Source of the DNA: an uncultured Bacilli bacterium | GTDB lineage: Bacteria; Bacillota_I; Bacilli_A; RF39; UBA660 | NCBI GenBank assembly: GCA_910584085.1 | Contig: CAJTZY010000006.1 | Span: 668-64,667 of the forward strand | DNA: 64,000 bases | Direction: 5' to 3' | In this document: piece after piece, positions 53,842 through 62,958 of the stretch | Numbering within the stretch: position 1 is the first letter of the stretch | Layout of the letters: each line of letters starts with the position of its first letter | The notes under the pieces: model-generated | Database searches by the model: none | What the model was told of the DNA's origin: nothing | Seen by the model: only the letters and a program-made list of their open reading frames with translations | Made by a program: the position numbers and the translations under genes

Positions 53842-54210
53842 ATGACTAAGGTAGTTAAATTTAAGAACGATGTTTGTTTAGATAGCAAAGCAATATGCCA
53901 CGACGATAATGGAACATTGTTAAATAGTATTATTTATAGAGAAAATTTTCTTTTAAGAGATAATGCTCAAACGACATTTAAATTAAAAGATAAAGGAGTG
54001 TATTTATTTATAAATTCACATTTTTACAATCGAAGTTTAATTTTAATAACATTTCTTTATGAAACTGTTAGAGCAGATGTGATTTATAAAAGTATTGACA
54101 ATGCAGTTCCGGAAATAACATATAATTCAGAAACTAAAACAGTAAATTTCAAATCTCTTTCACAGTGTAGGGGATATTTATTCAAAATTGGCAACATTTC
54201 TTGTGGATAA
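53842..54210 (+). CDS. fibre-region paralogue 1 (hypothetical)
   Basis: The N-terminus VVKFKNDVCLDSKAICHDDNGTLLNSI is shared in pattern with the next two ORFs. Confidence 0.5.
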   Translation: MTKVVKFKNDVCLDSKAICHDDNGTLLNSIIYRENFLLRDNAQTTFKLKDKGVYLFINSHFYNRSLILITFLYETVRADVIYKSIDNAVPEITYNSETKTVNFKSLSQCRGYLFKIGNISCG

Positions 54211-54244
54211 TCTAAATAAGCAAAAAAATCTAACATAGAAAAAA

Positions 54245-54619
54245 ATGAGTAATTTTAAATTAAAAAATGGTAATTATATTGATGCAACTGGGATTAAATA
54301 TAATAATAATATATTAAGCGATGTATTAAAAAATACAACTAATTTATTTAGTAAAACTAAAACATCAGCAACTGGGACTATAGAATTTAATATTAAAGAA
54401 ATGGGAACATCAGGAAGAACTATTTACTTTTACATGATTATGAGTATAACTGGTTCTATTATTGCTGGTTTAGCAGCAATAAATAATGGTAATTTGTTTA
54501 ATCATCCAATTGTTGGAAATGTTAATATAGAATATACAAATAATAGTATATTAAAATTTAGTGGCGTTGGTATATGGCCAGCAATTACACTAATAGGTGG
54601 AAATGAAATAATTAGTTAA
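54245..54619 (+). CDS. fibre-region paralogue 2 (hypothetical)
   Basis: N-terminus MSNFKLKNGNYIDATGIKYNNNILSDVL. Confidence 0.5.
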   Translation: MSNFKLKNGNYIDATGIKYNNNILSDVLKNTTNLFSKTKTSATGTIEFNIKEMGTSGRTIYFYMIMSITGSIIAGLAAINNGNLFNHPIVGNVNIEYTNNSILKFSGVGIWPAITLIGGNEIIS

Positions 54620-54659
54620 ATTTATCAATATAATTATCATAAAAAATAAAGCAAAATTT

Positions 54660-55115
54660 ATGGCAAATTATAAATTAAAAAATAATAAAAAAATAGATAG
54701 TTCGGCAATAATTCATAATAATGAAAATTTAAATAATATTTTAAATGGTGAAACACATTATTATACATCACTTAGTAATAGTTTTTTCGATTTCAATAGT
54801 GAAATTGTAGAATATGTTGCTAGTTGCTCAATTGATATTTACGGGAGAGCAATTAAAATAAATTCAATGATTAAATTAAAAGAGAATTATTTTAATACAA
54901 CTACAAGCGGAAATGTTACTTTATTGACATTTAAACGATTTAATCCTCCAAGAAACACATTTTTTACCAATGAATTAGGAATAAGTGTGGCTCAATTTGG
55001 ATTAAAGAATAGTAGATATTCCTATTATAATCAAAATGACAAAAAAATTTATTTTCAGAAAGGAACTGCAAGTGATGGATATTATTTATTATTGAATTTT
55101 ATGTATATTGCATAA
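54660..55115 (+). CDS. fibre-region paralogue 3 (hypothetical)
   Basis: N-terminus MANYKLKNNKKIDSSAIIHNNENLNNIL. Confidence 0.5.
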   Translation: MANYKLKNNKKIDSSAIIHNNENLNNILNGETHYYTSLSNSFFDFNSEIVEYVASCSIDIYGRAIKINSMIKLKENYFNTTTSGNVTLLTFKRFNPPRNTFFTNELGISVAQFGLKNSRYSYYNQNDKKIYFQKGTASDGYYLLLNFMYIA

Positions 55116-55134
55116 TAATTAAGAATTATGTTTT

Positions 55135-55141
55135 GGGGGGG
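55135..55141. repeat. G7 homopolymer inside a hairpin loop
   Basis: ATGTTTTGggggggagtagggtaCAAAACAT (8-bp stem, 55128-55158). Confidence 0.85.
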
Positions 55142-55182
55142 AGTAGGGTACAAAACATAAAATAAAAAAAGTAGGTGAAAAA

Positions 55183-55467
55183 ATGGAAGAAAAATATATA
55201 ATTCAAATGAAAGAAACAGATGATAGATCTAAATCTAATACAAAAAGATTAGATGAGCATGATAGAGAAATAGATGAATTAAAAAAAACTTATTCTATAA
55301 TGGAAAAAATGGATTATAGGATGGGTAAAGTAGAAAATGCAGTAGAGAGAATAGACAATAAATTAGATAGTACGGATAAAGTAAAAGGCATGAAATGGGA
55401 CAAGTTCATAGACTATATATTTTATGCTATTCTTGCGTTTGCATTAATAAAATTAGGATTGAAATAG
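55183..55467 (+). CDS. XhlA-like lysis-associated membrane protein
   Basis: Coiled-coil N-terminus and a C-terminal TM segment (FIDYIFYAILAFALIKLG). Precedes the holin and endolysin. Confidence 0.5.
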   Translation: MEEKYIIQMKETDDRSKSNTKRLDEHDREIDELKKTYSIMEKMDYRMGKVENAVERIDNKLDSTDKVKGMKWDKFIDYIFYAILAFALIKLGLK

Positions 55468-55479
55468 AGGTGATGATAA

Positions 55480-55653
55480 ATGAAAAAAGCATGGACAGAT
55501 TTAAAATCATTTATAACAGTGGTAGTAATGTTCTTGTTTGCTTACTGCATAATAAGACAAATACCAATAGATGAAACATTAAAAAGTGTATTAGCAACTG
55601 TAGTAGGCTTCTTTTTGGGAGCAAAATCAGTTAAAAATAAGGAAGGTGAATAA
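55480..55653 (+). CDS. holin (57 aa, two TM)
   Basis: Not in the track. MKKAWTDLKSFITVVVMFLFAYCIIRQIPIDETLKSVLATVVGFFLGAKSVKNKEGE, with SD AGAGGTGA. Confidence 0.55.
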   Translation: MKKAWTDLKSFITVVVMFLFAYCIIRQIPIDETLKSVLATVVGFFLGAKSVKNKEGE

Positions 55654-55655
55654 AA

Positions 55656-55952
55656 ATGAATGATAGTTATAAATTTGAAGTTATATGTAAAAATTTGGTA
55701 ATAGATTATTTTAATAACAATGTAGAAAAAACTGATAATAAGAAAATTAATATAAAGGATGTCTATGTTGTTTGGATGTGTAAAACATTAAAAAATAGTA
55801 AGGCATTATTAAGTACAACAGTTAGCGATGGTATGTATTATGAAATCACTTATAATGGGGAAAAAGATGAAATTTATTTTGATGCATATAAAAAATGGGA
55901 AAATGTAGTAATTCCAAAAGAAAAATTTAATGATGTAGTGGAGAGTGAATAA
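55656..55952 (+). CDS. hypothetical protein in the lysis cassette
   Basis: ORF-track ORF with SD GGAAGGTGA. Confidence 0.45.
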   Translation: MNDSYKFEVICKNLVIDYFNNNVEKTDNKKINIKDVYVVWMCKTLKNSKALLSTTVSDGMYYEITYNGEKDEIYFDAYKKWENVVIPKEKFNDVVESE

Positions 55953-56637
55953 AATGACTTATGTAGAATTTAAAAATAAATATAATGGTAAAAGGGTTGA
56001 CTACGATGGCTCATATGGTTCACAATGTTGGGATTTAGCTCAATTCTATTTTACAGAAGTTTTAGGATTACCAGCAAGTGTATTATCTGGTTGTGGCTTA
56101 GTATCAAATATGCTTTATGGAGAAAAAAGAAAACAACTAGATAAATACTTTGATGAGGTTAAAACTACTGAAATGGTACAAGGTGATGTTTGTATTTGGG
56201 AATATGGCCATATAGCTATATTTGATAATTGGGATGGTAAGCAATGTTATTATTTCTCACAAAATCCTAATCCATCAAAAGTAATGCCATTAACTGGTAA
56301 TGGACTACATGCTTTCAGATTAAAAGGCAGTAAACCAATTTCTGAACAGCAAAGTGATACACAAAGTGAGCCACAATCTAAGAAAAGATACCTAAATTTA
56401 AAGCCTAGTGTGTCTTCTTGGAAAGTTTATAAGACTAACAAGTATTTTATACCAACTAAGGCAAGTGACGTTAGAGCTAGATTAAATCCACAAAAATTCA
56501 ACGGTCTTTCATATGAGATACTTGAGGATTACGGTAACTACCATTTTAAAATTAAAACTGATATGTTTGGATATGTCTATATATCAGGAAATATTGAAAA
56601 ATATGATTGTACTATTACCGATAAACCTTTATATTAA
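55945..56637 (+). CDS. endolysin: N-terminal CHAP domain, C-terminal SH3-like binding domain
   Basis: CHAP Cys (YGSQCWDLAQFYF) and His (WEYGHIAIFDNW). A Gln/Ser linker is followed by a ~80-aa C-terminal domain. Confidence 0.8.
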   Translation: MNKMTYVEFKNKYNGKRVDYDGSYGSQCWDLAQFYFTEVLGLPASVLSGCGLVSNMLYGEKRKQLDKYFDEVKTTEMVQGDVCIWEYGHIAIFDNWDGKQCYYFSQNPNPSKVMPLTGNGLHAFRLKGSKPISEQQSDTQSEPQSKKRYLNLKPSVSSWKVYKTNKYFIPTKASDVRARLNPQKFNGLSYEILEDYGNYHFKIKTDMFGYVYISGNIEKYDCTITDKPLY

Positions 56638-56642
56638 AATTA

Positions 56643-56669
56643 CTAGGACAAGCTCCTAGTTCTTTTTTT
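56643..56669 (+). terminator. Rho-independent terminator of the late operon
   Basis: CTAGGA-caagc-TCCTAG followed by a T-run. Confidence 0.7.
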
Positions 56670-56678
56670 GTGCTCAAT

Positions 56679-56706
56679 TTGACAAATGTTTTATTTGTGG
56701 TATTAT
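56679..56706 (+). promoter_or_regulatory. sigma-A promoter of the right-end moron
   Basis: TTGACA, 16-nt spacer with TGn, TATTAT. Confidence 0.55.
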
Positions 56707-56729
56707 ATACAACCAACGAGGGGGATAAT

Positions 56730-56876
56730 ATGAAAAATAAGATTGAAAAGAAAGTTAGAAATTTAACACATCAATTAGAATATATTGAAAGGGTATATCC
56801 AAAAAGTAGTACTATCCATAAATTAAAATGTAAAATTTATTATTATAATAAAAAATTATCTAGTCTTTGTGACTAG
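56730..56876 (+). CDS. 48-aa basic protein (right-end moron)
   Basis: SD GAGGGGGA precedes ATG 56730. It has its own promoter and its own terminator hairpin (56860-56883). Confidence 0.5.
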   Translation: MKNKIEKKVRNLTHQLEYIERVYPKSSTIHKLKCKIYYYNKKLSSLCD

Positions 56877-56880
56877 ATTT

Positions 56881-56907
56881 TTTGGTCTTGTTTTTGGTCT
56901 TGTTTTT
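56881..56907. promoter_or_regulatory. paired TTTGGTCTTG repeats, candidate integrase arm-type sites (right arm)
   Basis: tttggtcttg-tt-tttggtcttgttttt. Counterpart of 6711-6737. Confidence 0.55.
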
Positions 56908-56979
56908 GTCCAACATATCACTTATTTTAATAAATATTCATAGTACAAAATAAGTTAAATATAGTACATAAGGCCTTTA

Positions 56980-57012
56980 AAATAAAAGAAAAACCTTATA
57001 TTTCAAAGGTTT
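56980..57012 (-). terminator. terminator downstream of tRNA-Leu (supplied by the prophage side of attR)
   Basis: Minus strand AAACCTT-tgaaatat-AAGGTTT followed by a T-rich run. Confidence 0.5.
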
Positions 57013-57024
57013 GTTAATTTTATA

Positions 57025-57042
57025 TGGTGCGAGTGAAGGGAC
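57025..57042. repeat. attR core (3' end of the intact tRNA-Leu)
   Basis: Identical to 6633-6650. Confidence 0.8.
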
Positions 57043-57109
57043 TTGAACCCCCATGCCTTGCGGCGCTAGATCCTAAGTCTAGTGCGTCTGCCAATTTCGC
57101 CACACTCGC
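57025..57109 (-). tRNA. tRNA-Leu (anticodon UAG)
   Basis: The reverse complement folds as a type-II tRNA: GCGAGTG ... anticodon arm CTAGA-CTTAGGA-TCTAG, long variable arm, T loop TTCAAGT, CACTCGC-A-CCA. Confidence 0.9.
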
Positions 57110-57118
57110 AAATAAAAA

Positions 57119-57195
57119 TGGTGGATCTTGTAGGACTCGAACCTACGACCGCCCGGTTATGAGCCGGATGCTCTAACCAACTGAGCTAAAGATCC
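57119..57195 (-). tRNA. tRNA with anticodon CAU, Ile2 (lysidine)-like
   Basis: The reverse complement is GGATCTTTAGCTCAGTTGGTTAGAGCATCCGGCTCATAACCGGGCGGTCGTAGGTTCGAGTCCTACAAGATCCACCA. From memory it closely resembles Bacillus tRNA-Ile(CAU). Met cannot be excluded. Confidence 0.85.
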
Positions 57196-57361
57196 ATCAG
57201 ACTTAATTAATATATCATATATTTTTACAAGTTGCAATACTTTTTTTAAAAAAAGTTAGAGCATCCGCCAAAAAAAAGTAAAAGAATGTGAAGAAATAGT
57301 AAAATAATTTACGTAACTACAATATATTATTCTAATAAAAATAAAAAATTCTTATATTTTT

Positions 57362-57390
57362 TTGCACTTTCAGAATAATTATGTTATAAT
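57362..57390 (+). promoter_or_regulatory. sigma-A promoter
   Basis: TTGCAC, 17-nt spacer with TGn, TATAAT. Confidence 0.55.
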
Positions 57391-57419
57391 TGAATAGAAA
57401 AAAATAAGGAGTGGAAAAT

Positions 57420-58619
57420 ATGGAATGTAAAAAATGCGGAGCAAATATATCAGATGATTCAAAATTTTGTGAATTTTGTGGAGAGGCTGTTAATACATTA
57501 GTTAGTAATGAAATGTCTCAAAACGATGAGCAAATGGTAACTAATAATACCTTAAACGAACCAATTCAACCGACAGATGAAACACAGCAAATTCAAGTTG
57601 AAAGTATAGAGCAACCAACTAATAATAATGGGGTTGCAGATCAAAATATTAGTGTGGGGATTCAACCTGCAATGAATACTAATTCATCATCAAAAAATAA
57701 TAAAAAGGGAAATAAATTAATATTTATTGTTTTAGGAATAGTTTTAGCTACGGTTGCAGCAGGATTAGTACTTATTTCAATGAATAAGTCTTCAAATAAC
57801 TCTATAGCAGTTTTGGAAAAAGCAATTGGTAATTTTGGAAAAAATGCAAAGGAAAGCGGAACAATAAATGCAAGCGTATCAGTAAGTAGTAAGTCTTCAG
57901 ATAGTATCAATCTATCAGCAACTGTTATGTATTCACAAAATGGAGATAATTACGATTTAAATTTCAAATTAAATAAATCATTATTAACTGATGAAATAAA
58001 TTTATATACTAGAGCTAATAAAGATAATATTAGTTTATATGTTAATTCTAAAGTAGTAGATATGCTAGGGTTTACTGAGTCAAATTTAGATAAATGGTTA
58101 ACATATTCTATAAATTTAGAAGAATTTATAGGTGATGAGGAAATCGAAGCAACAGAGAATATTAATTTTAAAAATATTTTGGACAGTAAACACCTTAAAT
58201 TTGTTGATAATAAAAATAATAGACATTATAAATTAATTATAGATGTAGAACTTTTGGAAAAAATAAAAAATAATGCATCACTTGATGATGAAGATAAACA
58301 AGAAATTGAAACTTTAATTGAAGAATTTAAAAATATAAATAATGGAAGTTACGAATTAGATTTTTACATTAATAATAATGATGAACTTGTAAAATTTGAA
58401 ATGGATTTAACAAAAATAATAGATGATGATGATATTGAAAGTGCGATAATAAGTATAGAATTTTCTGATTTTAATAAAACTGTAGTAACAATTCCAGAAA
58501 AAGCTTTAAGTTCTAGTATGGATATTGAAAAGTATATAACAGATTATTCAACTTTTGATGATGATCTTGACTGGGACATTGATGATGATTTTGATTTAGA
58601 TGATATTGATAACATATAA
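57420..58619 (+). CDS. zinc-ribbon membrane-anchored protein
   Basis: N-terminal CKKCGANISDDSKFCEFCG, one TM segment (LIFIVLGIVLATVAAGLVLI), and an acidic C-terminus. ATG 57420 follows AAGGAG. Confidence 0.6.
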   Translation: MECKKCGANISDDSKFCEFCGEAVNTLVSNEMSQNDEQMVTNNTLNEPIQPTDETQQIQVESIEQPTNNNGVADQNISVGIQPAMNTNSSSKNNKKGNKLIFIVLGIVLATVAAGLVLISMNKSSNNSIAVLEKAIGNFGKNAKESGTINASVSVSSKSSDSINLSATVMYSQNGDNYDLNFKLNKSLLTDEINLYTRANKDNISLYVNSKVVDMLGFTESNLDKWLTYSINLEEFIGDEEIEATENINFKNILDSKHLKFVDNKNNRHYKLIIDVELLEKIKNNASLDDEDKQEIETLIEEFKNINNGSYELDFYINNNDELVKFEMDLTKIIDDDDIESAIISIEFSDFNKTVVTIPEKALSSSMDIEKYITDYSTFDDDLDWDIDDDFDLDDIDNI

Positions 58620-58713
58620 TATTTAGAAAATAATATTACAAAAAGTAGTTTTACTACTTTTTTTGTGCATTTTTAGCTAGCGTTTTCATATATTAAAATG
58701 AGGAGGGAATAGT

Positions 58714-59244
58714 ATGTCTTTATATAAAGAGATAGTTACCAAGGCTGTTATTGGTAAAGGTAAAAAATATTTTAAAGATAACTACAGTATTGAAGTAGAA
58801 AATGTTCCTACAACTATATTGGGATGTTGGGTAATAAACCATAAATTTAAAGGTTACAAGACTAGTGAAAAAATAGGTGTAAGTGGGTCATATGATGTTA
58901 ATATATGGTATTCATATGATAATGACTCAAAAACAACTGTTGTAAATAAAAATATATCATATAATGATTTATTCAATGTTAAATTAAAAGAAAACTCAGA
59001 TTTATCAAGTGATACAGATATAATAGTAAGAACATTAAAACAACCTAATTGCTCTGGAGTTAATATAAATAATAAAAGTATAATATTTGATATAGAAAAG
59101 GAATTAGGTGTAGAAGTAGTAGGAGAAACAAAGGTAAAAATAGCAATAGAAGAGGATGAAGAACCATGGGAAGAAATTGATGATGAGTTAACTGAAAAAG
59201 ATATAGAAGAAATAGATAATGTTAAAGATGATTTTATAAAATAG
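58714..59244 (+). CDS. cotE: outer spore coat morphogenetic protein CotE
   Basis: YKEIVTKAVIGKGKK ... ILGCWVINHKF ... VNIWYSY ... LKQPNC ... VVGETKVKI and an acidic tail match B. subtilis CotE as recalled. Confidence 0.75.
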   Translation: MSLYKEIVTKAVIGKGKKYFKDNYSIEVENVPTTILGCWVINHKFKGYKTSEKIGVSGSYDVNIWYSYDNDSKTTVVNKNISYNDLFNVKLKENSDLSSDTDIIVRTLKQPNCSGVNINNKSIIFDIEKELGVEVVGETKVKIAIEEDEEPWEEIDDELTEKDIEEIDNVKDDFIK

Positions 59245-59298
59245 TACTACTGTACTTTTTTATTTTATTTACTGCATATTTAAGTTAACCTAAAAGGG

Positions 59299-59327
59299 TT
59301 GACAAAATAAAAATAATTTGTTAATAT
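59299..59327 (+). promoter_or_regulatory. sigma-A promoter of rpsP
   Basis: TTGACA, 17-nt spacer, TAATAT. Confidence 0.5.
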
Positions 59328-59351
59328 TGTTATTATGAATGGAGGGATAAT

Positions 59352-59645
59352 ATGGCAGTTAAAATGAGATTAAAAAGAATGGGAGCTAAGAAGAGACCTT
59401 TCTATCGTATAGTTGTTGCAGATTCTAGATTTCCAAGAGATGGAAGATTTATAGAAGAAATTGGATATTATAATCCTATTGAAACTCCTGCAGTTGTAGA
59501 AGTTAATAAAGAATTAGCTATAAAATGGTTAAAAGATGGAGCAACTCCAACAGATACAGTTAGAGATATTTTAAGTAAACAAGGGATTTTAAAAGAATTT
59601 CATGAAGAAAAAATATCTAAAAAGACTACTAAGGCTGGTAAATAA
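59352..59645 (+). CDS. rpsP: 30S ribosomal protein S16
   Basis: [42 protein letters not shown]. Confidence 0.95.
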   Translation: MAVKMRLKRMGAKKRPFYRIVVADSRFPRDGRFIEEIGYYNPIETPAVVEVNKELAIKWLKDGATPTDTVRDILSKQGILKEFHEEKISKKTTKAGK

Positions 59646-59647
59646 TT

Positions 59648-59890
59648 ATGGAATTAGTTAGTTTAACAGAATTTTTAGTAAAGCAATTATTACCTAATAT
59701 CGATAATATAAATGTTGAAAAAATAGACTCATATAGTGATATAGTTATTAGAGTTTTAGTTCCAAATGAATGTATGAGTAGCATTATTGGAAAAGGTGGA
59801 AACATTGCAAACTCAATTCGCACTGTTGTACAGGCTGCAGCTTATAATAGAAAATTAGGTAGAGTAAGAATTAATATTGATTCATTATGA
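59648..59890 (+). CDS. KH-domain RNA-binding protein (YlqC-like)
   Basis: GxxG loop IIGKGGNIANSIR. Conserved position after rpsP. Confidence 0.75.
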   Translation: MELVSLTEFLVKQLLPNIDNINVEKIDSYSDIVIRVLVPNECMSSIIGKGGNIANSIRTVVQAAAYNRKLGRVRINIDSL

Positions 59891-59972
59891 TTGGAGTAAT
59901 CCAATTTTTTTTCTTTTATTTATTGTATTAAATTGATATATATATTATAATATATTATAGGATGTGATATAG

Positions 59973-60773
59973 ATGAAACAAAGAGTAATAAGCGCAGTCG
60001 TAGCATTTTTAATATTTATACCTATTTTTATTGTTGGTGGAATTACTTTTAATGTAGCTTTTTATATTTTAACCATTTTAGGTTTAAGGGAATTTATGAA
60101 AGTTAGAGAAAAGGAAAAGAAAATTCCCGATTTTATAAGGCTAATTTCATATTTAGTTATATCAATTTTATATTTTGAAAATATGATAAATTTAAATTTA
60201 GATTTTAATATAAACTATAAACTAGTTTCGGGGCTATTTTTAATTTTATTACTTCCCGTTGTTTTATATCATGATGAAAAGGTATATAATGTAAAAGATG
60301 CATTTTATATGCTTGGTGGAGTATTATTTTTAGGATGCTCTATGTCATTATTTGCTATATATAGAAATGTTAGCTTAGAATTAATTATATTTTTATTCTT
60401 AATAACTATAATAACAGATTCATACGCATACTTTATTGGTAGATTAATAGGTAAAAATAAATTAATAGAAGAGATATCTCCCAATAAAACATGGGAGGGT
60501 ACTATAGGCGGAAGTATTGTTTGTACTTTTGTTTGTACTGTATATTATTTGACAGTAATAAATTCTAATATATCAATATATGAGATTTCAATTATAGTAT
60601 TATTTTTAAGTTTGATTGGACAGTTTGGAGATTTATTTTTCTCTGCAATAAAAAGAAAATATAAAGTAAAAGATTTTTCAAATATTATGCCGGGGCATGG
60701 TGGAGTACTTGATAGACTTGATAGTATAATATTTGTTTTACTTGCATTTACTTTTTTCATAAATTTATTATAA
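59973..60773 (+). CDS. cdsA: phosphatidate cytidylyltransferase
   Basis: Multi-pass membrane protein with the SPNKTWEG ... GHGGVLDRLDS signature. Confidence 0.85.
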   Translation: MKQRVISAVVAFLIFIPIFIVGGITFNVAFYILTILGLREFMKVREKEKKIPDFIRLISYLVISILYFENMINLNLDFNINYKLVSGLFLILLLPVVLYHDEKVYNVKDAFYMLGGVLFLGCSMSLFAIYRNVSLELIIFLFLITIITDSYAYFIGRLIGKNKLIEEISPNKTWEGTIGGSIVCTFVCTVYYLTVINSNISIYEISIIVLFLSLIGQFGDLFFSAIKRKYKVKDFSNIMPGHGGVLDRLDSIIFVLLAFTFFINLL

Positions 60774-60784
60774 AGGGTGATTAA

Positions 60785-62047
60785 ATGACAATTATATATT
60801 TTATTTTAATATTAAGTATTACGGTATTTATACATGAATTGGGACATTTTATGTTTGCTAAAAAATTTGGTGTTTATGTTTATGAATTTTCAATAGGTAT
60901 GGGACCAAAACTTTTTAAATTCAATAGAAAGAATGATGAAACAGATTATTGCATACGACTTTTACCTATAGGTGGTTTTGTTCAAATGGCTGGCGAAGAA
61001 GTAGAAGTAGATGAAAAAATTCCAGTGGAAAAAAGATTACAATCGAAGCCTGCATTCCAAAGATTTATGATTATGGTAGCTGGAGTTATGATGAATTTTT
61101 TACTTGCTATTGTTTTATTCTTTCTTATAGGATTATTTAATAATGTTTCACTAAATAATGTATATGTTCAAAATAGCTCTATTGATGGTTTAAATAACAA
61201 TGATAAAATAGTTGCTATAAATGGTAATTTTGTAAACAATTATGATAAATTAGCACTAGAAATGACTATTGCTGGAGATAAGGAATTCACTATGACCGTA
61301 AAAACAGAAAATGGTGATAAAAAAGATGTTAAGGTATTACCAATAGGCGTTGGTAAATCAAATTTATTATATGAAAAAGATTATGGATTTTCAGTAGAAG
61401 ATTTAAGTATAACAGAGACAAATTTACAGGAACTTAGCGTTGGAGATAAAATAGTAGGTATTAATGGCAAAAAAATTATTACTTATCTAGAACTATTGAA
61501 TGAATTAAAAATAGTAGGTAATAATAACTTTACATTAACAGTTATTGATAAAGGTAATATAGAAAAATCTGTTAGTATATTTCCGAAAGATATTAAAGAA
61601 GATGAACTTTTAGGTTATAGTTATGGATTTTATATATCAGGAAAATCAGAAAAAGGATTCTTTGCCGCAATTAAATATGCATTTGGTAAATTCTTTAGTA
61701 CTATTGAACAGATGATATTTACAGTATTTTATTTAATAACAGGCAAAATTAGTTTGAGTATGCTATCTGGTCCTGTTGGAATATTTAATGCTGTTAGTGT
61801 ATACTCAAGTTATGGTTTTACAAGCTTAATTTCATTATTATGTTTAATATGTATAAATGTAGGATTTATAAATATATTGCCACTTCCGGCATTTGATGGA
61901 GGGCATGTATTATTTATTATAATAGAAAAAATAAAGGGCAGTAAGGTTGATCCAAAAGTAGAAAACACAATTCATAATGTTGGATTTATCTTACTTATGC
62001 TTTTAATGGTATTAGTAACTTATAACGATATAATTAGATTATTTTAG
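60785..62047 (+). CDS. rseP: RIP (site-2) zinc metalloprotease RseP/RasP
   Basis: HELGH motif, PDZ region, and NILPLPAFDGGH motif. Confidence 0.9.
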   Translation: MTIIYFILILSITVFIHELGHFMFAKKFGVYVYEFSIGMGPKLFKFNRKNDETDYCIRLLPIGGFVQMAGEEVEVDEKIPVEKRLQSKPAFQRFMIMVAGVMMNFLLAIVLFFLIGLFNNVSLNNVYVQNSSIDGLNNNDKIVAINGNFVNNYDKLALEMTIAGDKEFTMTVKTENGDKKDVKVLPIGVGKSNLLYEKDYGFSVEDLSITETNLQELSVGDKIVGINGKKIITYLELLNELKIVGNNNFTLTVIDKGNIEKSVSIFPKDIKEDELLGYSYGFYISGKSEKGFFAAIKYAFGKFFSTIEQMIFTVFYLITGKISLSMLSGPVGIFNAVSVYSSYGFTSLISLLCLICINVGFINILPLPAFDGGHVLFIIIEKIKGSKVDPKVENTIHNVGFILLMLLMVLVTYNDIIRLF

Positions 62048-62049
62048 GA

Positions 62050-62958
62050 GTGTTAGAAATGTTGAAATTGGAAAATGTAACTAAATATTATGGTGATTTT
62101 AAGGCAGTAGATAATTTATCTTTCGAAGTTAATGAAGGTGAAATTTTTGGACTTTTAGGTATTAATGGGGCAGGAAAAACTACCACATTTAGAATGATTA
62201 TGGGACTTCTTGATAAGACAAGTGGTAGTATTACATTAAATGGTAAAAATATAGACTATTCTGTGACAGATAATATTGGATTTTTAACAGAGGAGAGAAG
62301 TTTACTTACTAAACTTACAGTAAGAGAACAGGCAATATATTTTGGGTCATTAAAGGGTATGAAAAATGACAAAATATTAGAAAGACTTGATTATTTATTA
62401 AATAAATTTGGTATAAATGAATATAAAGATAAAAAAATAAAAGAATTATCTAAAGGTAATCAACAGAAAATACAGTTTATAACTGCTATATTAAATGAAC
62501 CAAAATTATTAATATTGGATGAACCTTTTTCAGGCCTTGATCCATTCAATATTGAATTATTTAAAGAGGAAATATTAAATCTTTCAAAAAAAGGAAGTAT
62601 GATAATATTTTCATCACATAGAATGGATCATGTGGAATTATTTTGTAAAAAATTAGTAATTCTTGTTAATGGAAAAACTGTTTTAGAGGGAAATATTAAG
62701 GATATAAAAGAAAGTTATCAAAAGAAAAATATTGTTTTAAAAGGCGATATTGATTTAGAAAAGTTAAAAAGTATAAAAGGTGTGGAAAAATTAGTAGAGA
62801 AATCAGATGAGTATGAAATTACAATATCGTCTAAAGATGTTGTAGGTGATGTTTTTAAATTTATTTCTAAATGTAAAAATATTACTAAATTTGTTGTTGA
62901 AGAACCAAGTTTAAATGAAATATTCATTTCCAAGGTAGGTGAGTCTTATGAAAAATAA
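62050..62958 (+). CDS. ABC transporter ATP-binding protein (ABC-2/NatA-like)
   Basis: Walker A GINGAGKTT, signature LSKGNQQK, Walker B LLILDEP. Confidence 0.9.
   Translation: MLEMLKLENVTKYYGDFKAVDNLSFEVNEGEIFGLLGINGAGKTTTFRMIMGLLDKTSGSITLNGKNIDYSVTDNIGFLTEERSLLTKLTVREQAIYFGSLKGMKNDKILERLDYLLNKFGINEYKDKKIKELSKGNQQKIQFITAILNEPKLLILDEPFSGLDPFNIELFKEEILNLSKKGSMIIFSSHRMDHVELFCKKLVILVNGKTVLEGNIKDIKESYQKKNIVLKGDIDLEKLKSIKGVEKLVEKSDEYEITISSKDVVGDVFKFISKCKNITKFVVEEPSLNEIFISKVGESYEK

Larger units (their letters stand above)
6633..57042. mobile_element. ~50.4-kb temperate siphovirus-type prophage integrated in tRNA-Leu(UAG)
   Basis: Bounded by identical 18-bp tRNA 3'-end repeats. Contains integrase, immunity switch, replication, packaging, head, tail and lysis modules in canonical order. 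Confidence 0.9.

Noticed and set aside
53701-53842. G8 tract switching a mini-ORF into frame with the first fibre paralogue.
   Set aside because: I translated the G7 and G9 variants by hand. Both hit stop codons before 53842 and neither is in frame with that gene. A simple fusion switch is not supported, though length variation could still affect transcription.
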